Shown: positions 36,361-45,488 of the stretch, one piece after another
How the letters are laid out: the number at the start of each line of letters is the position of its first letter
Position numbering within the stretch: position 1 is the first letter of the stretch
Assembly (NCBI GenBank): GCA_964487295.1
Contig: CAZAQL010000001.1
Coordinates: forward strand, 13,091 to 77,090
DNA length: 64,000 bases
From: an uncultured bacterium
Lineage (GTDB): Bacteria > Joyebacterota > Joyebacteria > Joyebacterales > Joyebacteraceae
Direction: 5' to 3'
Position numbers and translations under genes: made by a program
The notes under the pieces: model-generated
Databases searched by the model: none
Told to the model about the DNA's origin: nothing
Seen by the model: the letters and a program-made list of their open reading frames with translations, nothing else

Positions 36361-36574
36361 GCACGTGATATGGTCAATGTGATCCGGATGTCAAGAGCGT
36401 GCAGGCCGCAACGCGCGCCCGGAGGCTGGGACGAGGAGCCGTCCCCGGCCCCGTTCGACTCCCGACATGCCCGCGCCGTGGGCCTTCCCGGAGCAGTTGC
36501 TGGAACACCCCTTGCATCACCATGTCCCTGGATGCTGTGTCCACAACCGGGGACCGAGTGACGGAGGGGAGTCG

Positions 36575-38902
36575 ATGCCGACTGCGATGATCTCAGGACC
36601 GAGGACCGCGTACCTCGTCGCGCTCGTCGCGCTCGTGTGCGTGTCCTGTTCGAGCACGACCGGGCCATCCGAGGTGGATCCGCCCGAGGGGGCGATCCCA
36701 ACGAGGACCGTCGCCGGGGAGATCGCGCTTCCCGAGGGCGCGACCCTCGATCCGGCTGCGCTCTCCGTCGTGTCGCTCGCAGATGCGGCGGCCGTCGGAG
36801 GCGATGGGTCGTTCTCCCTGTCCATCCCCGACACGGATGTCTCGCAGACGCTCGCGGTCGTCGACGCAGGGGGCGAGATGGTCCTCATGGGCGTCGTATC
36901 ACGCTCGGCGTCCTCCGGCATCGTCGTCGACGCCGGGTCGACGGCGACCGCGCTGCTTCGCATGAACCCTTTCATGACGATGTTCTCGGAGTCGAACCGG
37001 GCCGTGATGGTCGAGCGGGCCGAGATCAAACCGGGCTGGACGACGCTCGTGAGGATGGTCGAGGATGCGCTCTGCGGACCCGACGGGCGTCTGCGCGGCC
37101 CGGCTCTCTCGGACGCCTCGCAGCAGTCGTCCGAGCTCGTCATCGATGCGTTGAACGACGAGCCGCCGCAGCCCTCGACGCTCACGGACCCATGGCTCGA
37201 GGACGTCGAGGGGGACAGCGTCTCCTGGGTGAACCCGGACCCGGTCTGCTACGCGGCCGTCTTCCGCTCGCTGACCTCGGCCGACTCGCTTGTCGTGCCG
37301 GTCTCGGTGGAGCGGACGAGGATCCGCGTGACGCCGGGCTGGCCTCCGTCCGTTCACGTCAGCGGAAGCACACGCACGCACGTCGACATTGGTGACGGCA
37401 CGTATCGCACCCGTCTTGTCGATGCCTCCTTCCGCACGTTCGACTCGTCGAGTCCGGACGGCGTCGCCACGGCGCGCAATGCCGGGCGCGCGGTGACGGA
37501 GCTCATTGCGCTCGTCTCGGGCGCCGTCGTCGAGCGCGAGACGTTCGATCTGGACATGGCCCGCCGGGGCGCGTCGGAGCTCGGCGGCGCCGTGAGCGCC
37601 CGCGACCCGTATCGCCTGATCCGTTCGCTCGCATCGCTGATGGCGGACGGAAGCGATGAGGTGGCGCAGTGGATCTGGGACGGCCCGAATCCCTCGTGCT
37701 CCGACTTCGTGAGCGCACTCTGCCCCGTGCTCGCTGAGGTCACGTTCGCCACCGGCATCATGGCGGGCGGGGAGTCGCGTGTTCCGTTCTTCGACCGGCT
37801 CGTCACGTCCGACCCACGCGTTGAGCTCACCATCAGCCAGCTCGATGGGGTCATGACCGAGACCGGCTCCAGCGAGCCGCCCTCGGCCGCCTTCACCGTC
37901 AGTCACTCCTACGCGGCGCCGGGGCAGAGCGTGACGTTCGACGCCTCGGCCGTTGCCGACCCCGACGATCCCACCGAGACGCTGGCGGTCCGCTGGGACT
38001 GGGAGAACGATGGGGAGTGGGACACGGGTTGGTCGACCACGAAGACCGCGACGCACGCGTACTCCACCGCCGGAGCGCGTGAGGTCGCCATGCAGGTCAG
38101 GGACCCCCGCCTGCTCAACGACAGCGCCGTGCACACGGTCAACGTCGGCGGGAGCGAGGAGACGGCGATCCACGTTGTGATCCTCAGGGACGTGGTCCCG
38201 TGGGCGGACGAGATCCCCGCCGTGCTCGACCAGATGCTCGAGGTGATGGGGTTCGAGGCGGGAAGCGGACCCGGGGAGTACGAGGTCGCGTCCGCGGCTT
38301 CGCTTCCGGACATCGCGCTCGTTCCCGGTGAGGACCTTCTGATCGTCCAGAACGATCAGCCGCAGTCGTTCTACAACGACTACGCCGCGAGCCAGGTTCG
38401 GGTCCAGCGGTTCGTCGAGGAAGGCGGCACCGTGTTCTGGGAAGCGTGCGACCGCGGCTGGCAGGGCGGATCGATCGAGTCCGCGGGGATCGTGCTGCCG
38501 GGCAACGTGACGCTCTCGGAGTACGAGACCTGGTACAACTACGTCGCGCTGCCGGGCGCTCCGCTCGTCGAGGGGCTCCCCGATCTGCTCTACGGGCAGT
38601 ACGCGAGCCACGAGGCTCTTGAGTCGCTTCCGGACGGGGCCGTCGTCTACGTGACGGACGACGCCGGCGGGGCGACGCTCGCCGAGTACGGCGTGGGAGA
38701 CGGGTGGGTGCTCATCAGCACGCAGCCGCTCGAATGGAACTTCTATCACAACTGGTCCGGTGGTCACGTCATGCCTCACGTCGTGTGCCACGTTCTCGGG
38801 CTGCCGCTGACGCACGACTTCGGCGACATCGTCAAGCCGGAGCGCCGCGGCGCCCCTTCGGATTCCGGCGGAGGTCTGGGTCTGACCAGCGGGATGCACT
38901 AG
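36575..38902 (+). CDS. large secreted lipoprotein-like protein with a PKD domain
   Basis: GGAGGGGAG RBS before ATG 36575. Signal peptide TAYLVALVALVCVSCSS. PKD-like segment FTVSHSYAAPGQSVTFDASAVADPDDPTETLAVRWDWENDGEWD..HAYSTAGAREVAMQVRD. Confidence 0.6.
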   Translation: MPTAMISGPRTAYLVALVALVCVSCSSTTGPSEVDPPEGAIPTRTVAGEIALPEGATLDPAALSVVSLADAAAVGGDGSFSLSIPDTDVSQTLAVVDAGGEMVLMGVVSRSASSGIVVDAGSTATALLRMNPFMTMFSESNRAVMVERAEIKPGWTTLVRMVEDALCGPDGRLRGPALSDASQQSSELVIDALNDEPPQPSTLTDPWLEDVEGDSVSWVNPDPVCYAAVFRSLTSADSLVVPVSVERTRIRVTPGWPPSVHVSGSTRTHVDIGDGTYRTRLVDASFRTFDSSSPDGVATARNAGRAVTELIALVSGAVVERETFDLDMARRGASELGGAVSARDPYRLIRSLASLMADGSDEVAQWIWDGPNPSCSDFVSALCPVLAEVTFATGIMAGGESRVPFFDRLVTSDPRVELTISQLDGVMTETGSSEPPSAAFTVSHSYAAPGQSVTFDASAVADPDDPTETLAVRWDWENDGEWDTGWSTTKTATHAYSTAGAREVAMQVRDPRLLNDSAVHTVNVGGSEETAIHVVILRDVVPWADEIPAVLDQMLEVMGFEAGSGPGEYEVASAASLPDIALVPGEDLLIVQNDQPQSFYNDYAASQVRVQRFVEEGGTVFWEACDRGWQGGSIESAGIVLPGNVTLSEYETWYNYVALPGAPLVEGLPDLLYGQYASHEALESLPDGAVVYVTDDAGGATLAEYGVGDGWVLISTQPLEWNFYHNWSGGHVMPHVVCHVLGLPLTHDFGDIVKPERRGAPSDSGGGLGLTSGMH

Positions 38903-38985
38903 CCTGGACGGCGATTCCACTCCTTTGGCACGCCGCGCTGTGTCCCCTGGTTGGCCCGCTCCGCCGCTTCTCAGGCGCCGCTCCT

Positions 38986-39119
38986 CCGGAGCCATCCGGG
39001 GCGGGCGGCGTCTTGTCGCATTCGCGGCGAGCCCGTCAGAGCGGTCGGTGCCTCGTCGCATTCCCGGCGAACCCGTCTGGGCGGCTGGCACCTCGATGTG
39101 CCCACCCGGAGCCATCCGG
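38986..39119. repeat. composite repeat: two identical 14-bp palindromes (CCGGAGCCATCCGG) flanking a 40-bp direct repeat pair
   Basis: Palindromes at 38986-38999 and 39106-39119. Direct repeats GTCGCATTCGCGGCGAGCCCGTCAGAGCGGTCGGTGCCTC (39014-39053) and GTCGCATTCCCGGCGAACCCGTCTGGGCGGCTGGCACCTC (39055-39094). Confidence 0.8.
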
Positions 39120-39368
39120 ATCGAGCGTCGTTCCGTCTCTTCCCGCGGAATGACTGTCCCTCGGAAAGTTCTTGCGTCACCATTCAATTTTCGTTAGGAT
39201 ACTCATGAAGGCCCAAGCCGTGGTCGATTGTGGCTGAATCGAGTGTCAGTCGGGTACGATCACACGCGTCCTCACGGAGGATTCGAGAGCCCCCCCCGGT
39301 AGCGAACGCCGGAGGTCGGGGGCTGCCCCCCTCAGGATTCCGCGGCTTGCCGCTCCGTGAGGGTCGCA

Positions 39369-39386
39369 GGCTCCGATGCGGGAGCC
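39369..39386 (+). promoter_or_regulatory. palindrome GGCTCC-N6-GGAGCC immediately upstream of the TetR gene RBS (candidate operator)
   Basis: Perfect 6-bp inverted repeat, 17 nt before ATG 39403. TetR repressors typically bind palindromes overlapping their own promoter. Confidence 0.35.
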
Positions 39387-39402
39387 GGAGAAGGAGTCAT
39401 CC

Positions 39403-40008
39403 ATGGCACGGAAGAGAGTCGGGAACAAGCGCGAGAAGATCATCAACGCGGCGGCGAAGTTCTTCGGCGAGAAGGGCTACCACAACACGACGACCTCCGA
39501 GATCGCGGAGGCCGCCGGCGTGGCCGCCGGGACCATCTACATCTACTTCAACAGCAAGGAAGAGCTCATCGTCGCTGTCTTCGAGGAGTTCCTCGGGCGC
39601 CACATGGAGCGTCTCAGGGTGGGCGTCGAGTCCGTCGATGGTCCGATCGCGAGGATCCGCCGGCTCATGACGCTCGGACTCGAGCTCATGGAGAGCAACC
39701 CCGAGAGCGCGAGGATCTTCCTCTCGCAGCTCCGTCAGAGTACGACGATGATCAAGACGGTCGCCAAGCGCAGCAGCAGAGCCTACAAGGACATCATCGA
39801 GGCGGTGCTGACCGAGGGGATGACGAAGGGTGTCTTCCGTCCGATGGACACGGAGCACGTCGCCAGCATGCTCTTCGGCGCATACCAGATGACCGTGCTG
39901 GACTGGGTGGCGCGCGACTGCTCGTACTCACTCACGGCCAAATCGAAGGAGCTCGCTGATTTCGTGCTCATCGGTCTGGCCTGCGAGCTGCCGAAGGAGG
40001 ATTCGTAG
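39403..40008 (+). CDS. TetR/AcrR family transcriptional regulator
   Basis: HTH KREKIINAAAKFFGEKGYHNTTTSEIAEAAGVAAGTIYIYFNSKEEL. AAGGAG 7 nt upstream. Confidence 0.85.
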   Translation: MARKRVGNKREKIINAAAKFFGEKGYHNTTTSEIAEAAGVAAGTIYIYFNSKEELIVAVFEEFLGRHMERLRVGVESVDGPIARIRRLMTLGLELMESNPESARIFLSQLRQSTTMIKTVAKRSSRAYKDIIEAVLTEGMTKGVFRPMDTEHVASMLFGAYQMTVLDWVARDCSYSLTAKSKELADFVLIGLACELPKEDS

Positions 40009-40158
40009 GAACGAAGGCTCCCGGATGACGGGAGTCGCGGTGGTAACTGAAGTACTTCGGTTCGCCGTCCTGGGGAGTTGTCCGGATGGCGGATGGGCGG
40101 ATGCGGAGAAAGGCGCGGACATTCTCCGAACGGACGGCGACGCATGTGAGGTGATACC

Positions 40159-41670
40159 ATGCAGCCGTCACAGAGTCATCAGGACACGATCAAGGGGCAC
40201 CTGCTCCGCAAGCTGGGCGCCTGGGGAAGCAGGCGATCCGCGGACGACGTCAGGAAGCTCGTAAGCTGGTCGGCGAAGGGGCTTCCCGAAGGCGTCATAC
40301 GCGACCGGGTCGAGAGCTTCCGCAGGGCCCTGGACTCCTCGGCGGCGGCGAGCGAGCTCGTCGACGCGTTCTTCAACCTCGCACCGACCTGCCGCAGGCG
40401 CATCATCGAGAACCTGCTTGTCAACTGGGGCATTCTCGGCGGCCAGACCCGGTATCACATCATGGAGTCCGAGGGGTGGATGCCGCCGAACTTCGCGGTC
40501 ATAAGCCCCACCATGCGATGCAACCTCCGCTGCAGGGGGTGCTACGCCTTCGAGTACACGCGGGACGGAGAGCTCACGACCGAGGAGTTCGACGACGTCA
40601 TATCGCAGTGCAAGGCGCTCGGCATCCACTTCTTCACGATCTCCGGCGGCGAGCCGTTCGTCCGTGAGGACCTCCTCGATCTCATCGACCGTCACAGCGA
40701 CTCCCTCTTCCAGATATACACGAACGGCACGCTCATCGACGATGCTGTGGCGGACCGCCTCCTCGAGCTCGGCAACGCGATGCCGGCCATCAGCGTCGAG
40801 GGGTACGAGGAGGAGACCGACGCCCGGCGCGGCCCCGGCACGCACGCCCGCCTGACGGCCGCGATGGAACGGCTCAGAGAGCGCGATCTGCTGTTCGGGA
40901 TCTCCGTCACGGCGACGCGTCACAATCAGGAGATCCTGACGAGTGAGTCGTTCTACGATTCGTACATCGAGCGCGGCGCGCTCTTCGCCTGGATCTTCCA
41001 GTACATCCCGATCGGCCGCGAGCCGGATGTCGATCTCATGCCGACGCCGAGTCAGAGGACGGAGCTCAGGAGGTTCGTCCACGGCCTGCACCGGACGAAG
41101 CCGATCTTCATCGGGGACTTCTGGAACGACGGCGCCTACACGGGCGGCTGCATGGCCGGCGGCCGGATCTACTTCCACGTCACGTCGAGCGGCGGAGTGG
41201 AGCCCTGCGTCTTCGCCCACTTCTCCGTCGGCAACGTGCGCGAGCGTCCGCTGCGCGAGATCCTTCAGTGCGATTTCTTCAAGGCGATTCGCTACGCGCA
41301 GCCTTACCGTGAGAACAGGAACCTCTACACGCCCTGTATGATCATCGACAACCCCGAGGTGCTCCGCGATCTCGTCGCGGAGTTCCGCGTCCCGCCAAGT
41401 CACGCCGGCGCGGAGACCATCGTGGCCGATCCCCGGATCGTCGCGCACCTGGACGAATACTCCCGGGGGATCAGACGACTGGCCGACCCCGACTGGGAGC
41501 GTGATCATTGGGATGATCCGGACTCCGAGTGGTACCGCGATGGCGGCTATCGCCTCGAACGCCAGTGGGCGGACGAGCGCGAGGCGCTTGTTCGATGGAA
41601 CGAGGAGCGGGGAAGGAAGAGGAGCCGACGGTCCGGTGTGGAGGCCGCAGCGGGGCACGTGATCCGGTAG
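40159..41670 (+). CDS. radical SAM enzyme with SPASM/twitch-like auxiliary Cys cluster, ~110-aa N-terminal extension
   Basis: CNLRCRGCY (CxxxCxxC) and GGEPF motifs. Downstream GGCMAGGRIYFHVTSSGGVEPC..C SPASM-like pattern. GAGGTGA RBS. Confidence 0.75.
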   Translation: MQPSQSHQDTIKGHLLRKLGAWGSRRSADDVRKLVSWSAKGLPEGVIRDRVESFRRALDSSAAASELVDAFFNLAPTCRRRIIENLLVNWGILGGQTRYHIMESEGWMPPNFAVISPTMRCNLRCRGCYAFEYTRDGELTTEEFDDVISQCKALGIHFFTISGGEPFVREDLLDLIDRHSDSLFQIYTNGTLIDDAVADRLLELGNAMPAISVEGYEEETDARRGPGTHARLTAAMERLRERDLLFGISVTATRHNQEILTSESFYDSYIERGALFAWIFQYIPIGREPDVDLMPTPSQRTELRRFVHGLHRTKPIFIGDFWNDGAYTGGCMAGGRIYFHVTSSGGVEPCVFAHFSVGNVRERPLREILQCDFFKAIRYAQPYRENRNLYTPCMIIDNPEVLRDLVAEFRVPPSHAGAETIVADPRIVAHLDEYSRGIRRLADPDWERDHWDDPDSEWYRDGGYRLERQWADEREALVRWNEERGRKRSRRSGVEAAAGHVIR

Positions 41671-41699
41671 CGGCGGACCCGTGCGGCCGTAGACCAGCC

Positions 41700-42881
41700 C
41701 TACCGTGAGAGGTCCGAGCGGATCTCGAGATTCCTCATGATGTCGCCGCGCGTCACGATCCCGACGAGCCGGCCGTTCTCCACGACCGGCAGCCTTCCCG
41801 AGCCTTCGGCCGCGAGCTTGCGCATCGCCGCGGGAATGGGATCGCCCGGGCGGAGCGTGTTCTCGTCGGTGATGGTCGTCATGACATCGCCCACGTGTGT
41901 CTCCGACCAGCGGTCGCGTGGCGTGTGCTTCACGTCCTTGATCGTGACGAAGCCGAGCGCGCGATCTCCCTCCGCCACGGGATAGCAGACGAAGTGATGG
42001 TGGAGGAAGTGCTCGTTCACGAGCGCGTCGAGGGTGATCGCGGGGGAGACGGTCACGACCTCCCGCGTCATCGCGTCGCCGACGCTCGCACCCGCGATCG
42101 CGCGCTTGAGCGCTATCTGGCGGTAGCTTGCCTCCGCACCCTGCCTGAGGAAGAGGGCGATGAAGATGAGCCAGAGCCCCGGAGCGATGCCCCCGATGAA
42201 CAGGATCACGACCAGGCCGATGACGATCATCAGACCGGCGATGACCTGACCGGTCACGCTCGCGACGAGCGTCGCGCGCCTGAGGCTCCCGGTCACGCGC
42301 CAGACGACCGCGCGCAACACGCGGCCGCCGTCCAGCGGCAGACCGGGGAGCAGGTTGAAGAGGAGCAGGAAGGTGTTCGCCACGGCGAGATAGAGCAGAG
42401 CGCGGTGAGCAGCGGGCCGGCCGGTCACCCTTCCCAGAATGATGACGCCCGCCCAGAACGCGACGGCGAGCACGGCGCTGACGGCCGGGCCGGCCAGCGC
42501 GACCTTGAGCTCGGTGGACGGGTCCTCGGGCTCCTTGTGGATCTCCGCGATGCCCCCGAAGAGGAAGAGTGTGATCCGCCTGACGGGAATGCCGTGCAGG
42601 ACGGCGACCATGCTGTGAGCGAGCTCATGGACGACGACAGACGCGAAGAAGAAGAAGGCCGTGATGAGACCCAGCGTGACGTAGTGTGCGAGCGACAGGT
42701 TGGGTATGGCGCTCGGGAACCAGCCGATACTGAGCGTCCCGACGAAGAGCGCCACGATGAGGAACCAGCTGTAGTGGGCCACGACACGGATACCCATGAC
42801 CGAGAAGAGCGGGATCCCGCTGTGGCTGGCCACCCAGGAGAGGCCGCGAGGGCTTCGGCGTGCGTTCATGAGCTCCAGCAT
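41700..42881 (-). CDS. M50 family site-2 protease with tandem CBS domains
   Basis: HELAHSMV zinc motif within TM helices. LPGLPLDGG (LDG motif). C-terminal CBS pair. Start ATG 42881; an alternative ATG at 42869. Confidence 0.8.
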   Translation of the reverse strand: MLELMNARRSPRGLSWVASHSGIPLFSVMGIRVVAHYSWFLIVALFVGTLSIGWFPSAIPNLSLAHYVTLGLITAFFFFASVVVHELAHSMVAVLHGIPVRRITLFLFGGIAEIHKEPEDPSTELKVALAGPAVSAVLAVAFWAGVIILGRVTGRPAAHRALLYLAVANTFLLLFNLLPGLPLDGGRVLRAVVWRVTGSLRRATLVASVTGQVIAGLMIVIGLVVILFIGGIAPGLWLIFIALFLRQGAEASYRQIALKRAIAGASVGDAMTREVVTVSPAITLDALVNEHFLHHHFVCYPVAEGDRALGFVTIKDVKHTPRDRWSETHVGDVMTTITDENTLRPGDPIPAAMRKLAAEGSGRLPVVENGRLVGIVTRGDIMRNLEIRSDLSR

Positions 42882-43012
42882 AGACCAGCCGTCGGGGTGG
42901 GGCAAGGATGGGGCCCTCGGGCCGGAGGTCCCGGGCGCGGGCAACCCCGGGTCTTTCCGCGCGTCAGAAGGTCTGTGGGGTCGTTTTCCCGGGGGCGGAA
43001 CCCGGAGCCACC

Positions 43013-43041
43013 TTGACCGGGGCCATATGTTGTGATAATAT
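43013..43041 (+). promoter_or_regulatory. near-consensus sigma-70 promoter TTGACC-N17-TAATAT with overlapping palindrome CCATAT-N9-ATATGG
   Basis: Sharp AT-rich island (ttgaccggggccatatgttgtgataatatggataattgg) 50 nt upstream of ATG 43090. GGAGG RBS. Confidence 0.55.
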
Positions 43042-43089
43042 GGATAATTGGAAGCGAATGAGTGGGTCATGGCATCCGAACGGAGGAAC

Positions 43090-44868
43090 ATGATGCGCAG
43101 ACTGACCGCTTTGCTCGTCCTCGTGCTTGTTCTCGTCTCGGCGCTCTCAGCCGCGGCGAAGCTTGAGCTGGCCGAGATGACGACGCGCGGCGCGATCCAG
43201 GACGCCACGGCGCGCGGCGACCTGGAGGAGGCACAGAAGTACCTCTACATGGCGTATTCGATCTATGCGCCCGAGAAGCTGCCGGCGGAGTATCGCGGCG
43301 GCCGGATCGACAAGTGCGGCGTCCCGACCATCGAGGCGATCGACGACGCGCTCCCCACGTTGCCCGAGGCTGTGGCGAACGAGATCCGCGGCCTGCGGGT
43401 TCGCCCGTCGTGTCAGACCTACATGGACACCGAGCATTTCCGCATCCACTACGATACGAGCGGCACGCACGCGATCCTCTCGACCGACTACCTCAACGCC
43501 ATCGCAACGGCTCTGGAGAACTGCTGGGACGAGGAGATCGACGTGCTCGGGTTCCGTCAGCCGCCGAGCGACGGCAGCGACGCGGACGGCGGAGGCGGCA
43601 GCGCGCACTACGACTTCTACGTCCAGAGCCTCTCGGGCGTTTACGGCTACTGCCAGCCGACGTTCTACGCCCCGGGCGGACCCGCGAACGACGCGACGAG
43701 CTTCTGCGTCATCGACAACGACTACGCGGGGTTCGGATACGTCGACCCGACAGACCCGATGAAGGTCACGGTCGCCCACGAGTTCTGTCACGGCCTTCAG
43801 GCCGCGCACGACGTGAACGAGGAGCTGTGGTACAAGGAGTGCACGTCGGTGTGGGTCGAGGAGATGGTCTACGACGAGATCAACGACTACACGCAGTACT
43901 GCAGCTCGTTCTTCTCGAGCCTCTGGCGCCCGCTGGAGTACGACGACAGCAACGTCCGCATCTACGGGTCGTTCGTCTGGAACATGTTCCTCACGGAGAA
44001 CATCAGCCCCAGCGTGGTCGTGGACAACTGGTGGCAGATGGAGGTCTCGGGAGAGTACACGGCCATGAACGCCGTGTTGACCACATACGGGACGTCGCTC
44101 GAGGAGCAGTTCCACGAGTTCAGCATCTGGAACTTCTTCACGAACGCGAGGAACGACGGCGCCCACTACGAGGAAGCCGCTTACCTGCCGCTCGCCTCGT
44201 TCCAGCGGACCTTCGGCATGTATCCGCTGACCGACGTGGGTCCGTACACGGCGACGCGTCCGGACCACATGGGTTCCAACTACATCAAGTTCTCGAACCC
44301 CGGGAACACGTGGACCGGTCTCCACCTCTCGTTCGACGGTCCTGCGCTCTACGAGCTGCCCTACTGGGCCGACGTCTGCGTCCGCGAGGACCAGGTCGGC
44401 GTGGGGCACACGAGCCATCTCGGCGAGATCACGCTGAACCCGTGGGGCAACGGCGACATGACGGTCGCTGACTGGGATCTCATGGACTACGCGTGCCTGA
44501 TCGTCACGAACGGCTGCACGACGACCGATGACATGGACTACCTCTTCAGCGCCGAGCAGGTCGACACCGGCGTCGAGGTCGGCTCTCACATCTTCGCGAT
44601 GAAGCCGGCCAGCCCGAATCCGTTCACGGCGCAGACCTCGATCGCGTACACCGTCCCCAACGGCGGAGGCGCCGTCGAGATGACGATCTACGACGTCAAC
44701 GGCAGAGCCGTCCGCACGCTCGTCGACGAGCAGATGATGCCCGGCGACCGTCTGGCGTACTGGGACGGCCTGGACAACAACGGCGAGAAGGTCGCGTCCG
44801 GCGTCTACTTCGCGCGCCTCAACGTCGACGGCCTGACGGCCTGCGGCAAGCTCGTCGTTCTGAAGTAA
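43090..44868 (+). CDS. secreted HEXXH zinc metallopeptidase-like protein with Por/T9SS C-terminal sorting domain
   Basis: Signal peptide MMRRLTALLVLVLVLVSALSAAA. HEFCH motif (TVAHEFCHGLQAAHD). C-terminus ..ASPNPFTAQTSIAYTVPNGGGAVEMTIYDVNGRAVRTLV..GVYFARLNVDGLTACGKLVVLK. Confidence 0.7.
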   Translation: MMRRLTALLVLVLVLVSALSAAAKLELAEMTTRGAIQDATARGDLEEAQKYLYMAYSIYAPEKLPAEYRGGRIDKCGVPTIEAIDDALPTLPEAVANEIRGLRVRPSCQTYMDTEHFRIHYDTSGTHAILSTDYLNAIATALENCWDEEIDVLGFRQPPSDGSDADGGGGSAHYDFYVQSLSGVYGYCQPTFYAPGGPANDATSFCVIDNDYAGFGYVDPTDPMKVTVAHEFCHGLQAAHDVNEELWYKECTSVWVEEMVYDEINDYTQYCSSFFSSLWRPLEYDDSNVRIYGSFVWNMFLTENISPSVVVDNWWQMEVSGEYTAMNAVLTTYGTSLEEQFHEFSIWNFFTNARNDGAHYEEAAYLPLASFQRTFGMYPLTDVGPYTATRPDHMGSNYIKFSNPGNTWTGLHLSFDGPALYELPYWADVCVREDQVGVGHTSHLGEITLNPWGNGDMTVADWDLMDYACLIVTNGCTTTDDMDYLFSAEQVDTGVEVGSHIFAMKPASPNPFTAQTSIAYTVPNGGGAVEMTIYDVNGRAVRTLVDEQMMPGDRLAYWDGLDNNGEKVASGVYFARLNVDGLTACGKLVVLK

Positions 44869-44895
44869 CGACAGCGGATGTTACGGATGCCAGAT

Positions 44896-44927
44896 GAAGG
44901 GGCGGCCTCGTGCCGCCCCTTCTTTGG
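44896..44927 (+). terminator. intrinsic terminator (GAAGGGGCGGC/GCCGCCCCTTC stem, CTCGT loop, TTTGG tail)
   Basis: 27 nt after the stop of 43090..44868. Confidence 0.6.
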
Positions 44928-44988
44928 TGGTAGGCTCCTGAGGTGGTAACACGGGATCGCGGGGAGTCATGGATCGTGGAGGCGCACG

Positions 44989-45474
44989 ATGAGCGAGAAG
45001 CTCGAGCGAGAGGTCGAGTGGCTGAGGCGGGTCCGGTCCGGCTTCCGATACATGGCGACGGTCCACAGCCAGGTCGGCACCCTCGTTTACCGCGCCCTGC
45101 GCGTGCGCGACAGCTACTCCTCGCGCTCGCTCCGGCTCCGCCACTGGGACACCACCGGCGGGCAGGTCACTCTGACCGATGACGAGCACAAGGCGGTCGT
45201 GCCTGTCTACGACTTCGGCTTCATCCACAACCTCTATCACATGGCGGACGAAGACGCTGAGACCGTCGTGCTGGCGGCCTGGTACCTCGTGGCCCACGAG
45301 TGGGGACACTACTATCTGGCGAAGGCGGGGAAGCGGAACCAGGAGCGGGACGCGGACGCGTTCGCGGAGCGCGTGATGGTCCGGGTCGGGTTTGATGAGG
45401 AGGAGGCCGCCGGGGCGGAGGACCAGTACTGGATCGTCTTCAACGACGACAAGAAGCCCGCTCACGCCCGCTAG
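44989..45474 (+). CDS. hypothetical small protein with HEWGH (HExxH) motif
   Basis: GTGGAGG RBS 6 nt before ATG. AAWYLVAHEWGHYYL. 161 aa. Confidence 0.5.
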   Translation: MSEKLEREVEWLRRVRSGFRYMATVHSQVGTLVYRALRVRDSYSSRSLRLRHWDTTGGQVTLTDDEHKAVVPVYDFGFIHNLYHMADEDAETVVLAAWYLVAHEWGHYYLAKAGKRNQERDADAFAERVMVRVGFDEEEAAGAEDQYWIVFNDDKKPAHAR

Positions 45475-45488
45475 TTTGACCCCCCATC

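Noticed and set aside
34177-39187. Two very long minus-strand ORFs (34177..36258 and 36899..39187)
   Set aside because: Antisense to the M14 carboxypeptidase and PKD lipoprotein genes, respectively. No domains, arginine-rich.
38903-39402. tRNA or other structured RNA gene in the 500-bp gap
   Set aside because: No cloverleaf-compatible segment with the conserved T-loop (GTTCGAATC-like) or a CCA context was found. The region is explained by direct and inverted repeats instead.
40025-40264. 79-aa Cys-containing small ORF upstream of and overlapping the radical SAM gene, considered as a RiPP precursor
   Set aside because: It overlaps the rSAM start by about 105 nt in another frame, contains the rSAM RBS, has a weak RBS itself, and has generic GC-frame composition. 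No leader/core organisation is evident.
41895-43016. 373-aa plus-strand ORF
   Set aside because: Antisense to the M50 protease, which has HELAH within TM helices plus CBS domains. D/E/R-rich junk composition.
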